Of a DNA stretch of 64,000 nucleotides, positions 35,297 to 48,460 are shown one piece after another. Each line of letters begins with the position of its first letter. Within the stretch, counting starts at the first letter, position 1. Under the pieces are notes generated by a model that was not told the origin of the DNA, made no database searches, and saw only the letters and a program-made list of their open reading frames with translations. Where the stretch lies: contig CM059432.1 of the NCBI GenBank assembly GCA_030390025.1, positions 6,510,001 to 6,574,000 on the forward strand, read 5' to 3'. This DNA is from Squalus acanthias. Taxonomy: Eukaryota. Both the position numbers and the translations under genes were made by a program.

Positions 35297-36899
35297 AGCA
35301 GCGGCGCTAGACAAAGCCTTCAAACAGAAAAATCAAGGAGTAACATCGCAGGGCAGAAGGGAACTGAGCGGGAGCGAGAGCGGAGGCGGAGCAAATAAAC
35401 AGCACGGCAGAGGAAGGCCCGGGAGTGGAGGCAGCTGACCTGAGCGGGAGCAACTCAACAAAGGCAGAATTGGAAAGTGACATCAGAATTAAAAAGTGAC
35501 GTCGGTACAAGGGAAGGAGCTGATTGGTGAGTATAGGGTGAGTATTTGTGGTTTTTTTTTTTGTTCTGTTTGAGTATATTTCTGCTAAGTAGTTCATAGC
35601 CTATCTAATAGAGGGAGGTGCTGATTGGTGGGTAGCTGTTGAGTGTTTCTTGTTAAGTTTTAAGTTTATTTCTGCTAAATTACCTCCATAGTCTGGTAAA
35701 TCGAGGCATGGCAGGGCAGCTCAGTCCCGTGATTTGCGCACCCTGTGCCATGTGGGAAATCCTGGATGCTTCTTGTGGCCTGGACGACCACGTGTGCAGG
35801 AAGTGTCGCCAACTGCAGCAACTCGAGCTCCAGGTTTCGGAGCCTGAGCGGCAGCTGGAGTCACTGCACTGCATCCGCGAGGCTGAGAAATATTTGGAAA
35901 GCACGTTTCTAGAAGTGGTCACCCCGCAGCCTCAGAATGTGCAGGCAGAGAGGGAATGGGTGACCGCCAGATAGAGAAGGAGGACTAGGCAGGTAGGGCA
36001 GGAATCCCCAGAGTGCATCTCGCTCGCTAACTGGTTCACAGTTCTGGAAACTGGTGGGGGTGATGGTTCCTCTGGAGAGAGCAGCCAGAGCCAAGCCCAC
36101 GGCACCACGGGTGGCTCTGCTGCACGGGGGGGAGGAAGAAGAGTGGAAGAGCAACAGTGATAGAGGATTTATTAGTTAGGGGAACAGATGGGCGTTTCTG
36201 TGGACGCAGGCGTGACTCCAGGATGGTATGTTGCCTTCCTGGTGCCAGGGTCAAGGATGTCACTGAGCGGCTGCAGGGCACTCTGAGGGGGGAGGGTGAA
36301 CAGCCAGAGGTCGTTGTCCATATCGGTACCAACGACATAGGCAGAAAGAGGGATGAGGTCCTGCAGGCAGAGTTTAGGGAGCAAGGAAAGAGATTAAAAA
36401 GCAGGACCTCAAAGGTAGTAATCTCTGGATTACTCCCGGTGCCACGTACTAGTGAGTACAGGAATAGGAGGATAGAACAGATGAATAAGTGGCTGGAGAG
36501 ATGGTGCAGGAGGGAGGGCTTCAGATTCCTGAGGCATTGGGACTGTTTCTGGTGAAGGTGGGATCTGTACAAGCTGGGCGGGTTACACCTCAACCGAGCC
36601 AGGACCAATATTCTCATGGGGAGGTTTGCTGGTGCTGTTGGGGAGGGTTTAAACTAGTTTGGCAGGGGGATGGACACCAACATATAGGAGTAGAAAAGAA
36701 GAATAAGGTGCATAAAAGAGTGAGTGTGTTAGATAGTACTAGAGAAGAAAGTAGTACTAGATGCGGAAGTAGTACCAAATTAGATAGGAGCAGACTAAGA
36801 AAGACTGAAAAATTCAAAAATAGGTTTAGAATGCATGTACGTAAATGCACAAAGTGTGCTGAATAAGGTTGGTGAGGTACAAGCACAATTAACCATGTG

Positions 36900-38257
36900 A
36901 AACATAGAAGATAGGAGCAGGAGTAGGCCATTCGGCCCCTCGAGCCTGTTCCGCCATTTAATGAGATCATGGCTGATCATCCAAATTCAGTACCCTGTCC
37001 CTGCTTTCTCCCCATATCCCTTGATCCCTTTAGCCTTAAGAAATATATCTAACTTCTTCTTGAATATATTTAATGAATTGGCCTGAACTGCCTTGTGTGG
37101 TAGAGAATTCCACAGGTTCACCACTCTCTGGGTGAAGAAATTCCTCCTCATCTCGGTCCTAAATGGCTTACCCCTTATCCTTAGACTGTGACCCCTGGTT
37201 CTGGACTCCCCCGCCATCGGGAACATCCTTCCTGCATCTCGTCTGTCTAGTCCTGTTAGAATTTTATAAGTTTCAATGAGATTCCCTCTCATTCTTCTAA
37301 ACTCTAGCGAATATAAGCCTAATCGACCCAATCTCTCTTCATACGTCATTCCTGCCATCCCAGGCATCAGTCTGGTGAATCTTCGCTGCACTCTCTCCAT
37401 GGCAAGAACATCCTTCCTCAGATAAGGTGACCAAAACTGCACACAATACTCAAGGTGTGGTCTTGCCAAAGCCCTGTACAACTGCAGCAAGACATCCTTG
37501 CTCCTGTACTCTAATCCTCTCGCTATGAAGGCCAACATACCATTTGCCTTCTTAACCGCCTGCTGCACCTGCATGCTTACCTTCAGCGACTGGTGCACAA
37601 GGACACCCAGGTCTCGTTGCACTTCCCCTTTTCCCAATCTATTGCCGTTCAGATAATCTGTCTTCCTGTTTTTGCCACCGAAGTGGATAACCTCAAATTT
37701 ATCTACACTATTGCCGTTCAGATGATCTGTCTTCCTGTTTTTGCCACCGAAGTGGATAACCTCAAATTTATCTACATTATACTGCATTTGCCCAATCACC
37801 CAACCTGTCCAAATCATACTGGAGTTTCTCTGCATCCTCCTCACAGCACACACGCCCACCCAGCTTTGTGTCATCTGCAAACTTGGAGATATTACATCTA
37901 GTTCTCTCGTCTAGATCATTTATTTATATATATATATATATATATATGTATTTATTGTGAATAGCTGGGGTCCTAGCACCGATCCTTGCGGTACCCCACT
38001 AGTCACTGCCTGCCACTCGGAAAAAGACCCGTTTATTCCAACTCTTTGTTTCCTGTCTGCCAACCAGTTCTCTATCCAAGACAGTACCTTACCCCCAATC
38101 CCATGTGCTTTAACTTTGCACGCTAATCTCTTATGCGGTACCTTATCGAAAGCCTTCTGAAAGTCCAAATACACCACATCCACTGGTTCTCCCTTATCTA
38201 TTCTACCAGTTACATCCTCAAAAAATTCCAGTAGATTAGTCAAGCATGATTTACCTT
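36900..38257 (-). mobile_element. 5'-truncated CR1 inserted antisense into the host CR1 endonuclease
   Basis: TSD tgtg at 36896-36899 and 38258-38261. Removing the insert restores the host frame ..QAQLTMW|QYDIVAITETWL. Contains (TA)n at ~37921-37950. Confidence 0.9.
37639..37776. repeat. 69-bp tandem duplication (in frame) inside CR1 ORF2
   Basis: VDKFEVIHFGGKNRKTD(H/Y)LNGN appears twice in minus ORF 36987-37880; the period is 69 nt. Confidence 0.9.
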
Positions 38258-41200
38258 TGTGGCAATATGATATTGTGGCAATCACGGAAACGTGGCTTAA
38301 AAGCGGTGAGGACTGGGCACTTAATATTCAAGGGTACAAGGTGTTCAGAAAAGATAGGGAAGGAAAAAAGGGAGCTGGGGTGGCATAGCTGATTAAGGAA
38401 GACATTGTAGCGTTAGAAAGGGAGGATGTTCTTGAGTGGACAAGGACAGAATCCATTTGGTTAGAGTTGAGGAGCAAAAAGGGTATGATCACGCTATTGG
38501 GGGTATTCTATAGGCCCCCAAATAGTGAGAGGGAGGTAGAGGAGCAAATCTGCAGGGAAATCGCAGAGATATGCAAGAGCTATAGAGTGGTGATATTGGG
38601 GGACTTTAATTACCCAAATATCGATTTGGATAATGCTAGGGTAAAGGGAAAGGAGGGGGAGGAATTTCTGAAATGCGTTCAGGAGAATTTCCTTGACCAG
38701 TATGTTCTTGGCCCAACTCGGAAGGAGGCATTGCTGGATCTGGTGCTGGGGAATGAGGTGGGCCAGGTCGGCCAAGTGTCTGTGGGAGAACACTTGGGTA
38801 CGAGTGATCATCGTATCTCAAGATTTAGATTAGCAATGGAGAGGAGCAAGGAACAATCTCGAGTGGAACTTCTAAATTGGAATAGGGCTAATTTCAATGG
38901 GATGAGAAGGCATCTAGCCAGGGTAAAATGGAACCAACGACTGACAGGAAAAACTGTAACGGAACAATGGGTGATCTTTAAGGAGGAGATGTTCCAAGTA
39001 CAGGCGAGGTACATTCCAACAAGAGGGAAGTGTAAGGGAACCAAAGCAAGGGCTCCTTAGATGACGAAGGAGATAGAGAAGATGATGAAACAAAAAAAGA
39101 GGGTGTATGATGCATGTCAAGTGAATTCTTCAAGGGAGAACCAGACCAAATACAATAAGTTGAGAGGGGAAGTGAAGATGAAAAGAAGATTGGCAAAGAG
39201 AGAATATGAGAGTAGAATGGCGGTTAACATAAAAGGGAAGCCAAAAATCTTCTACCGGCATGCAAACAGTAAGCAGGTAGTAAGAGGAGGGGTGGGGCCT
39301 ATTTGGGACAAAGAATATATGCTTAGAGGCGCAGGGCAAGGCTAGAATATTCAATGAGCACTTTGTATTGGTGTTTACGAAGGAGGTGGATGCTGACAAA
39401 ATATCGGTAGAAGTGGAAAAAGTAGAAGCAATGGAAGGGGTGAAAATTGATAGACAGGATGTACTAGAAAGGCTGGGTATACTTAGTGGATAAGTCGCCT
39501 GGTCCAGATGGCTTGCATCCCAGGTTGCTAAGGGAATTGGCGGAGGAGATAGCAGAAGGGCTTGCCATAATTTTCCAATCTTCCCTCGATGTGGGGGAGA
39601 TGCCTGAGGATTGGAAAGTGACAAATGTGACATCATTGTTCAAGAAAGGGAGTAAGGGCAATCCTAGTAACTACAGGCCGGTCAGTTTAACATCAGTGGT
39701 GGGTAAAGTTTTAGAAATAATAATCAAGGAAAAAATTAATTGGCACTTGGAGAGGTTTAAGCTAATTAAGGAGAGCCAACACGGATTTGTAAAAGGCAGG
39801 TCGTGTTTGACTAATCTAATTGAATTTTTTGATGAAGTAACAGGGAGGATTGATGACGGGAAGGCAATGGATGTTATCTTCATGGATTTTTGGAAGGCGT
39901 TTGACAAAGTACCACATAGAAGGCTGGTTAACAAAATTGAGGCTCATGGAATAGGTGGGTCAGTGGCAGTTTGGATAAGGAATTGGCTTAAGGACAGAAA
40001 ACAGCGAGTTGTGGTAAATGGCTGTTTTTCAGACTGGGGGATGGTAGACAGTGGTATTCCCCAAGGGTCAGTGCTGGGGCCACTGCTTTTTTTGATGTAC
40101 ATAAATGACCTGGATATTGGAATACAGAGTAGAATTTCTAAATTTGCCGATGACACCAAACTTGGGGGTGTGGCAAACAGTGAGGATGATACCAATCGAC
40201 TGCAACAGGACATAGAAAGGCTAGCAGAATGGGCAGACAAGTGGCAGATGGAATTTAATACAGGGAAGTGTGAGGTGATGCATTTTGGCAGAAGGAACAG
40301 GGAGAGGCAATATACACTTAATGGCACAGTTTTAAAGAGTGTGCAGGGACAGAGGGACCTGGGAGTTAATGTGCATAGGTCCCTGAAGGTGGCAGGACAT
40401 ATTGAGAGTGTGGTTAGCAAAGCATATAGGATCTTGGGCTTTATAAATAGAGGTATTGAGTACAAAAATAGAGAAGTTATGCTGAACTTTTATAACGCGC
40501 TGGTTAGGCCACAACTGGAGTATTGCGTCCAGTTCTGGTCACCACACTTTAGGAAGGATGTGAAGGCCCTAGAGAGGGTGCAGAGGAGATTTACCAGAAT
40601 GGTTCCGGGGATGGGGGATCTTAGTTACAAGGACAGGTTGGAAAAGCTGGATTTGTTTTCATTAGAGCAAAGGAGGTTGAGGGGTGATTTGATAGAGGTG
40701 TGCAAGATTATGATGGGTTTGGATAGGCTAGATGGGGAAAGGCTGTTCCCACTAGTTGATGGTACAAGGACTAGGGGACACAGATTTAAGGTTTTGGGCA
40801 AGAGATTCAGGGGGGGGGATGTGAGGAAAATCTTTTTTACGCAGTGAGTGGTGAGGACCTGGAACTCGCTGCAGGTGGAGGCGGAGACACTCCATGTTTT
40901 CAAGGGGAGACTGGATAAGCAGTTGAGGTAAATAAACTTGCAGGGCTACGGGGATAGAGCGGGGGAATGGGACTGACTGGATTGCTCTGCAGAGCACGGA
41001 CTCGATGGGCCGAATGGCCTCCTTCTGTGCCTCTATGACTCATTCACTGCTCCGACACTGGCTGCGCTGTGCCCAACTCCCCCCATAGCCGGCAATCAGG
41101 GAAATCAGTGAAACTGATAAACTACGGCTTTTCCGCAGTAATATTGTTAAATACACCATTAAACGTTTGACCCTTTTTGGATTATGCGTAACTGGGGTTT

Positions 41201-43302
41201 TAGCAGCGTATTGACTGCTAAACAAACGCTATGGCCCTGAAAAACTAATTTTAATTTTGTGGCGTGTCAAATTTATCCATTTTAATAAAAATTAAAATTT
41301 TTAAGCAACTTAAAACATGTTTTAAATTTTTTAAAATAAAAGTTTGTTCATCTTTATTTCAGGTTTGCCTTTTCCCCATGTGAGAGCCCCAATCTTTGTT
41401 TTGCTCCCTAACATTTTTAAAAAGTTAAAATCAAAGGCGCTTACTCACTTCTTGGTTCCCAGTCTGTGAGAATTCTGTTTTGTGCATGGTTGCTTAGACA
41501 CTTACACCGATGTCAACTGAACGTCGGAAAAGCTGACCATCTCGCTGCAGAGTTCGCGAGATCTTTGTGGAAATCGTACTTCGGAGCCAGCAGTGAACGC
41601 CTTTGCTTCGCCGCTGACTGCAAATTGCGGGCCAACGTGTTTTAGTGGTGTTGGTTGAGGGCTAAATGTTGGCCAGGACTCGGGGAGAACTCCTCTATTT
41701 ATTCTTCAAATAATGCAAGAGGATCGTTTACCTCCAGGTGGACGGGGCTTCTGTTTAACCCGAAAGATGGCATCTTCGACTGTGCACCACTCCCTCGGTA
41801 CTGCAATGAAGTGTCAAGTGTAGAGTATGTGCTCAAGTCTCGGAGTGGAGCTTGAATCCACCACCATCTCGGGTAGAGGTGCTGCCACCCTGCCAAGCTG
41901 ATACTTACAGTAAAGGCAAAGTGACGTGGATGGGATTGAGATTGTTTTATTTCAGAAGGTTATGATTTGTCCATTATCTCTGTAGTTTTGCAGCCCTTTA
42001 AACACAAATAATTGCATTATTTACTGTTGCAAATCTAAAGAAACTGATGCAGTTAATAACGTGTAGCTGCAATGTTTTTCCTTCAAAATAATTTCAGTAC
42101 TTCTCACAAAGATATGTGGCAATCCTTGTTGCTCTTTTGTTTCTTCCATGCACATAATAAAATGTACTTTATGGAACCATGACTGAAAAGTTACAAGGTT
42201 TGAAGTTTGCTTCGTAAATGAGCAGATTACTATTTAAACACACTCACCCTTTACAAATGTTTAACCCTAACAAAATGTTAGATCTCACGACAAGAAAGTG
42301 ATTTTAAAGGTTTCTCATTTGTGAGTAAAAGTAATCATCATCCTTTTGTAGGAAATACCGTTCTCTGGTTTAATCTGGGCTTGAAGGATGTGTAAGAGTG
42401 TGCGGTTTGATGTTTTTGACTGTGCTGATGCAATAGGATTTTCTACTAAAACACATGGCGTATCTTGGGACTTGAGCTGTGTCATTTAATTATGTTTTGC
42501 AGGCTGACCCCTATGAACAGACAAATCCATCTGAATATGTTGATCGAATATAAAATTAAACATAGGACATATACACCACACCTGACCCTTGTATTGACTG
42601 CTATTTAGTAAACAACACAATCCATGGTGTTGCAGGCACATGGTGGGCACATGGTGGGTGAATTGGGGTGAGGTGAAGTTCTTGGCTGCACAAGTAAGTC
42701 TCTAAATGGGTTTTTGCAAATTGAGCACTTTCTGCACATGGTGACATAGCCAGTAATAGTTGCTCTTTCAGAGGCCCCCAGCCAATATCTGTTGCTTTTT
42801 ATTCTGGTTTGGTCTTAATTAAGTCCAGCTACATGTAAGCACAGTGAAATTGGAGAATAATGGACCATTTTCGCCATTATTAAGGGGATTAAATACAAGT
42901 GGATGTTTCTCAAACATGGCAGCATCCCTTAACCAGTGTTGCAAAAATGCTCTTGCAAAAAGTGGAGTAAAAAAAATGCTTGTGTAAACCTATACAAATT
43001 GGCGAGCGGTATGCGTCACCGTTCAATGTGAATGGAAAGCCAGAACAAATAAGGATCATTAAATTTGTTTTTATTGCTGTTTTTATAAACAGTTTTTTCA
43101 GGTGTTTTTCAGTTTCTATTTTTAGCATCAGAAACTGGGGAGAAGATCAGCTAATTAAATTGGATATCAAAACCATGGGTAAATTTGGAGAAAATCGTTG
43201 TTTTTATTTGGAGCATTGCTAGGAGTCAAGAAAACAAGCAAGGGACTTAAAAAAAAAGGCACGTTCAGCTAAATGATAACCCACAATTACTTACATAGTC
43301 CA

Positions 43303-43951
43303 ATAAGAGCATAAGAAGTAGAACCCAAGGAGCAGGAGTAGGCTCGAGCCTGCTCCGCCATTCAATAAGATCATGGCTGATCTTTGACCTCAACTCCACT
43401 TTACTGCCCCATCTCCCTTTTCCCTTATTCCCCGAGAGTCCAAAAATCCATCTGTCTCAGTCTTGAATATACTCAATGACTCAGCATCCACAGTCCTCTG
43501 GAGTAGAGAATTCCAAAGATTCACAACCCTCTGAGTAAAGAAATTCCTCCTCATCTCAGTCTTAAAAGGCTAATCCTGAGACTATGCCCCCTAGTTTTCG
43601 ACTCTCCAGCCAAGGGAAACAACCTCGCAGCGTCTATCTTTCAATCCCCCTCAGAATCTTATATGTTTCACCTCTCATTCTTCGAAACTCCAGAGATTAT
43701 AGACCTATTCTACTCAATCTTTCCTCATAGGACAACCCTCTCATCCCAGGGATCAGTCCAGTGAACCTTCGTTGCACCGCCTCTAGGGCAAGTATGTCTT
43801 TCTTCAGATAAGGAGACCAAAACATTGCACAGTACTGCAGGTGTGGTCTCACCAAAGCCTTGTACAATTGTAGCAAGATTTCCTTATTCTTGTGCTCCAA
43901 CTCCCTTGCAATAAAGGCCAACATGCCATTTGCCTTCCTAATTGCTTGCTG
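43303..43951 (-). mobile_element. CR1 3' fragment
   Basis: Minus ORF MLAFIARELEHKNKEILLQLYKALVRPHLQYC.., with a reverse CR1 tail. Confidence 0.88.
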
Positions 43952-44989
43952 TTAGCAATAGGTAGACCACTTACAATGCTGCCACACAATACTGCCAGAA
44001 GCACCAGGTTTAAGGTAGAGAACTGTTCGGACAAAGTGGTGCACAGATTTGTTGGAAGAAAAGGTGGCAGATTTTCAATTTTGCAATTTTTAAAAAACCT
44101 TTAAGGTACAGATTACTTTGAACAATAACAGAGAGTCTTTGCAGGGCAGCAATTAAAAATAATTATTCACTTTCAGTGTTCATTAATGATGTGGAAACGA
44201 GAATCCAGGTCAAACTCAGATGAGAGGAACCAGGTTCAAGGAAATGCTTCATCTTTTAAAAAAAAATAGTACCCAGGTCTATCTGAATACTGCACACATT
44301 TAAACTAGTGGGACAAACAGTAATGCAAACACATATAACATGATATAATCCTGGGTATAGAGTTTGCACTTCACATTTAAATATTGTCATTGAACAACTT
44401 CAACGTTTTTCTTTTCTTTTTGCCATTATTTCTTCGTTTGCCATCTAATGGTGCCCGCATAAGCAGCTGTCACTGCTGAATGTAGCAAGCCATCAATCTT
44501 TGTGTGCTGTAAATTGTGCATGGCAGTTACAGCACTTTATTTCACACAGCGTGCTTGAGGAAATCACTAATGCGATTCACATGCATCTTAGGATTCAATT
44601 TTCAGTGTAAAGACCAGTGAGAATTTTGTTTTTTTTAATGCCAACATCACGAAATAATTGACTTTTACCGATCCACCAACTTGGAAGAAAAAGTCTGGGA
44701 AATGTTTGTGGAAATTGGTAATGAATCCTAAGAACAAATAATAAATTCGGGCTGCTGAATTTTTTTTAATACCTGTTATTGCTTCATGGTTTATTTTCTC
44801 TTTTCTTCTCCCATGCGACGTGCTCTTTCTTGATTGACATTATGCGTGGGTGACTTACTCCCAGACCTCTGACACTTGTGCTTTTGAACCGGTTGTACTG
44901 GAGATTTTGAATAGAAGCCTGCGTGGCTCAAATGGCACTTTTTCTTACCTTTGCGAGACTGCATGACACAATTTGTGCGACAAATTTAG

Positions 44990-45420
44990 TGCCCTTATTT
45001 TTTCTAATAACTTTTTCCCCTTTCTATTTGGGACCTTAAACCTTATATTATGGTCACTACTCCTGAAGTGCATACCCACATCTAACTCATCTACCTGTTT
45101 TATTTTGTTACTCATAATTAGATCTAGCAATGCTAGTCCCTTGTCGGCATCTGAGCATACTCCTTGAGGAAACAATCCTGCACACAATTTAGGAATTCCA
45201 TTCATTCCCTTATCTCTGTTGACTCCTTACCTGTCCCAATCAATAAGTGGGTCATTGAAATCTTTTAGAACAATAATTTTGTTATTCCGACTCATCTCCT
45301 CGATTTGTTTCTAGATTTCCTCTTCCCTTTCCCTTCCACAATTGGCGAGACTGCAGTGCAAGCCCACTAATGTAACCGTCCCTTTTTTAAATCTTTGATC
45401 TGTAACCATATTGACTTTGT
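44990..45420 (-). mobile_element. Old CR1 endonuclease fragment
   Basis: Minus ORF ..LLDLIMSNK..LDVGMHFRSSDHNIRFKV (APE DL..SDH motifs). Confidence 0.6.
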
Positions 45421-47394
45421 CTGAACCTCGAACTGCCTTAGGTTTGCTGACTCAATATGACTGTCTATCAAATCCCCTTCCTTGTGTTTCTAAGTGACTT
45501 GGGGTATAATTCATAATTTCTGGGGGAATTATTGATTTTCAGCCATTTGATCATGCCAAAAATCCTGAAGCGCATAAACGTGTTTGATATTGGAACGTTC
45601 CGTTGTTGGTGGCCTCCCTGCTAAAAAAGCTCCTGAACAGTAATTTGGATTCTTGCTGTCTCTGGCGAATCCTAATATTTAACTCCATATTGGATACATT
45701 TGACTTTTGCTCTGATGTTGTTATACTGGAAGAATTTTTGGCATTATGTTTTATATCTTCTGTATTTTGTAGTTCTCTCTTGGCACCTGGTGCGCCTTTA
45801 AGCTGATCCTATATGGTCTTGTACTTGGACCATTGACTGCCCTGTTCTCTGCTCCCTACAATCTTTATAAATCTTCCTTTTTTTCCCCCCTTAATCTCCT
45901 GTTTTATCTCTGTTTATTGCTTTTGGAGAATTATGAATCAGTTGGCCCCTGCTGCCCCTGGGGTGTATTGTCTTGCGTGCCTTGTACTGTGTTTCTGCAG
46001 AAGCCACCGTGATGGTTCGGCCATCATGGTGTGGGACAGGCTTGATGGACCAGCTGGTCCTTAACCTGCCCGTCAATTTCGTATGTACCACTGGTTATCT
46101 CCTAATCTTAAAAAAAAAGGTACAACTTGGAGCTTACATGTGTTTGCAGCTTCTGAGCTGAAACCAGCAGTATAACTCTGACCATGTTTCATACTTTACA
46201 GCTACCAATCTCCGATGTAGCGTGTAATACAACTACAGCCCAAACAATGGCTACTTTTGTTCAAAACTCCTGAGATTAGGTTGCATTTTATGAGCAACTT
46301 GGATACGATGTTGTGTGAAATATTGTGCAAGTTCCTTCTGAACTCGAAGTTACTTTTTTGTAATTATAAGCAGTTTCTTACTAAGCGGACTTTTGTTCCT
46401 CCTCTCCCATTTGACTTGGCTACTTGGAGAACTATTAATGACATCTTGTACGATATTCGTAGCCTTTGCGTTAGCTCGGACCACAACTTTACCGTTGAAA
46501 TGGCTCCATGTAGATCTCGCATTCCAAATGTCGATGCTGTCAAAATATGTTGGGCCAGTAATGTGCACAGCGCTGTAATAAAAAAAAAACTAGTTAGAAC
46601 TTGCTGTTATTTTGGAAAAAATGAACGTACAGTTTTACACTGCACAGGATATGAGTAATAATCAAAATGAAATTTTTGGAAACATTCTGCGGGTTTCAGG
46701 CTTGCATTTTGGGACCCTATGTAAACCATTAAAGCCAGCTGCTTGTTGTAATATTCCTTCAGACTTCGGCAGGTGTTGATTTTGAAAGCATGAATAGCTG
46801 TTCTTTAAGTCCGCACATACTAAATCCTGTGAATCACGACTACTTACCTGTACCAAATAGTATGTTGTGGTCAGTACCAGAGAGAATAATTTTAAGTACG
46901 CTTTTCATTAAGGCAGCTTAATTGTTCCGATCGGTTACATTTCCAGGTTTTTTTTTGTTGGGAGGGGAAGCAATAGAGAGGGAGACCTGTCAATCGTTCT
47001 ACTTCTGAATTTACACTGGACTTTGTCCAAGTTTTGTTTTAATGAGATGCTTGATCTGCTGGTTGTATGGAGATTTATTTTCCCCGGGAGGATAGAGTTT
47101 GACCTAATTTTTATAGATCTAATCCTGGAGAACATACACATGTTTTGCAGAAAGCTGTAGTGTTATCCACTCTTCACTATTAATGAATCTGCATGCAAAA
47201 CTGAGAGAATGGCAAACTTAAATCAACAATATGAATTTTTTTTTAAATTCCCGATACCCAACTGGAAGTTTATGTAGGAAAAACACTGATGAGCTGAAAG
47301 GATCTTGGTCTGCTACAATGAGTTTTTCATTAATATATTTATCTTTCTCTTGCCCCCTGCCCCGCAAACCTTACCCCTTCATTTTTAAAATTCT

Positions 47395-48200
47395 CGTCTC
47401 CTGAAGGTGGTGACTTTTATTGGGTTATTGTTCAACAGCTTACTTAGCGAAGTGGTCATTCTAATTGAGTGCCCTGGACAGCAAGTGTCTGTAGGTTATT
47501 CCACCCGAGTGAGGACTATTCACAGATGAAGCTGATCATGTCCTCAGATATGTCAGTTGTGGTTTAGTTGTTCGCACTCTCGCCTCTGAGTCAGAAGGTT
47601 GTGGGTTCAAGTCCCACTCCAGTCCAGAGACTTGAGCACAGAAATCTAGGCTGACACTCCAGTGCAGTACTGAGGGAGTGCGGCACTGTCGGAGGTGCCG
47701 TCTTTCGGATGAGACGTTAAACCGAGGCCCCGTCTGCGCTCTCAGGTGCATGTAAAAGATTCTTTGGCACTATTTTGAAGAAGAGCAGGGGAGTTATCCC
47801 CGGTGTCCTGATAATTTTATCCCTCAATCAGCATCACAAAAACAGATTATCTGGTCATTATCACGTTGCTGTTTGTGGGAGCTTGCTGAGTGCAAATTGG
47901 CTGCTGCGTTTCCTACATTACAACAGTGACTGCTCTTCAAAAAGTACTTCATTGGCTGTGAAGCGCTTTGGGACGTCTGGTGGTCATAAAAGACGCTATA
48001 TAAATGCAAGTCTTTTTTTTAAATTTTTTTATTCTATATTTATTTTATATACATTCCAATCGGGATTGTATTCTCAAATACCCCCAAATGACTTGCTGAG
48101 GTCAGTTACAGTGTCCGACTGCTCTCTGGTTAAGATCAAACAACTTGACACACATTAGGGATTGAATCCAGAACCTTACTTGGCTGTATGGATTAGTAGC
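47395..48200 (-). mobile_element. Ancient SINE split by a DeuSINE
   Basis: aagtggtcattc..ggacagcaagtg..ctgatcatgtcctca and gggattgaatccagaacc..ctgtatgg resemble the copy at 15085-15405. Confidence 0.4.
47552..48018 (+). mobile_element. DeuSINE (SacSINE1-like), full length
   Basis: A/B-box head, Deu domain and L2-type tail ending aaatgcaagtcttttt. Confidence 0.9.
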
Positions 48201-48460
48201 ATTGAAAGGAATGTCAAAAGTGAAGTTTGGTGTATGACTGGGGAACTGCAGCAGCTTGCATCAGGAAGCTATTGCCTGGATTGACATCTACAAGTCAAAA
48301 GATCCAGGCTTTAACTCTGCTCATAGCCAGGCAATAACAATTTATAGTGTCTACGTGGGAGGGGGAGGGACTAACAGGCAATAAGTAGAATTTGGGATGT
48401 GGTAATTATGGAAGATGACTGAAGGTTTGATTAAAGACTTAAGCCTTGAGTCTTTTCAAA

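Larger units (their letters stand above)
35184..41040 (+). mobile_element. Full-length but decayed CR1 LINE (ORF1 zinc finger/coiled coil/SGNH esterase; ORF2 APE-RT)
   Basis: ORF1 from 35708 has CAPC..CRKC and VVHIGTNDIG. ORF2 has YRPPNS, GDFNYP, DLVL, SDH, NYRPVSL, GIPQGSVLGP and KFADD. Tail near 41040. Several stops and frameshifts. Confidence 0.92.
35054..41633. mobile_element. Harbinger-type MITE (35054-35183 plus ~41041-41633) split by a full-length CR1
   Basis: Imperfect TIRs agcctggaatttgcggt / actgcaaattgcgggcc (13/17) sit exactly at the SINE breakpoints. Confidence 0.7.
34876..41900 (-). mobile_element. DeuSINE (34876-35053 plus 41634-41900), outermost layer of a nested insertion
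   Basis: ..aatgaccagttatt and aacgtgttttagtggtgttggttgagggctaaatgttggccagg rejoin to match the reverse-strand DeuSINE at 22200-22270. Confidence 0.75.

Noticed and set aside
39486..40847. 453-aa RT ORF as an active or retron-like reverse transcriptase
   Set aside because: It is part of CR1 ORF2. The same element has stops, frameshifts and a 1.36-kb insertion in its endonuclease, so it is not autonomous.
46257..46658. 133-aa ORF in non-repetitive intron sequence
   Set aside because: No recognisable domain, a non-ATG start and no clear splice context. The VPS13B exons on either side already join without it.
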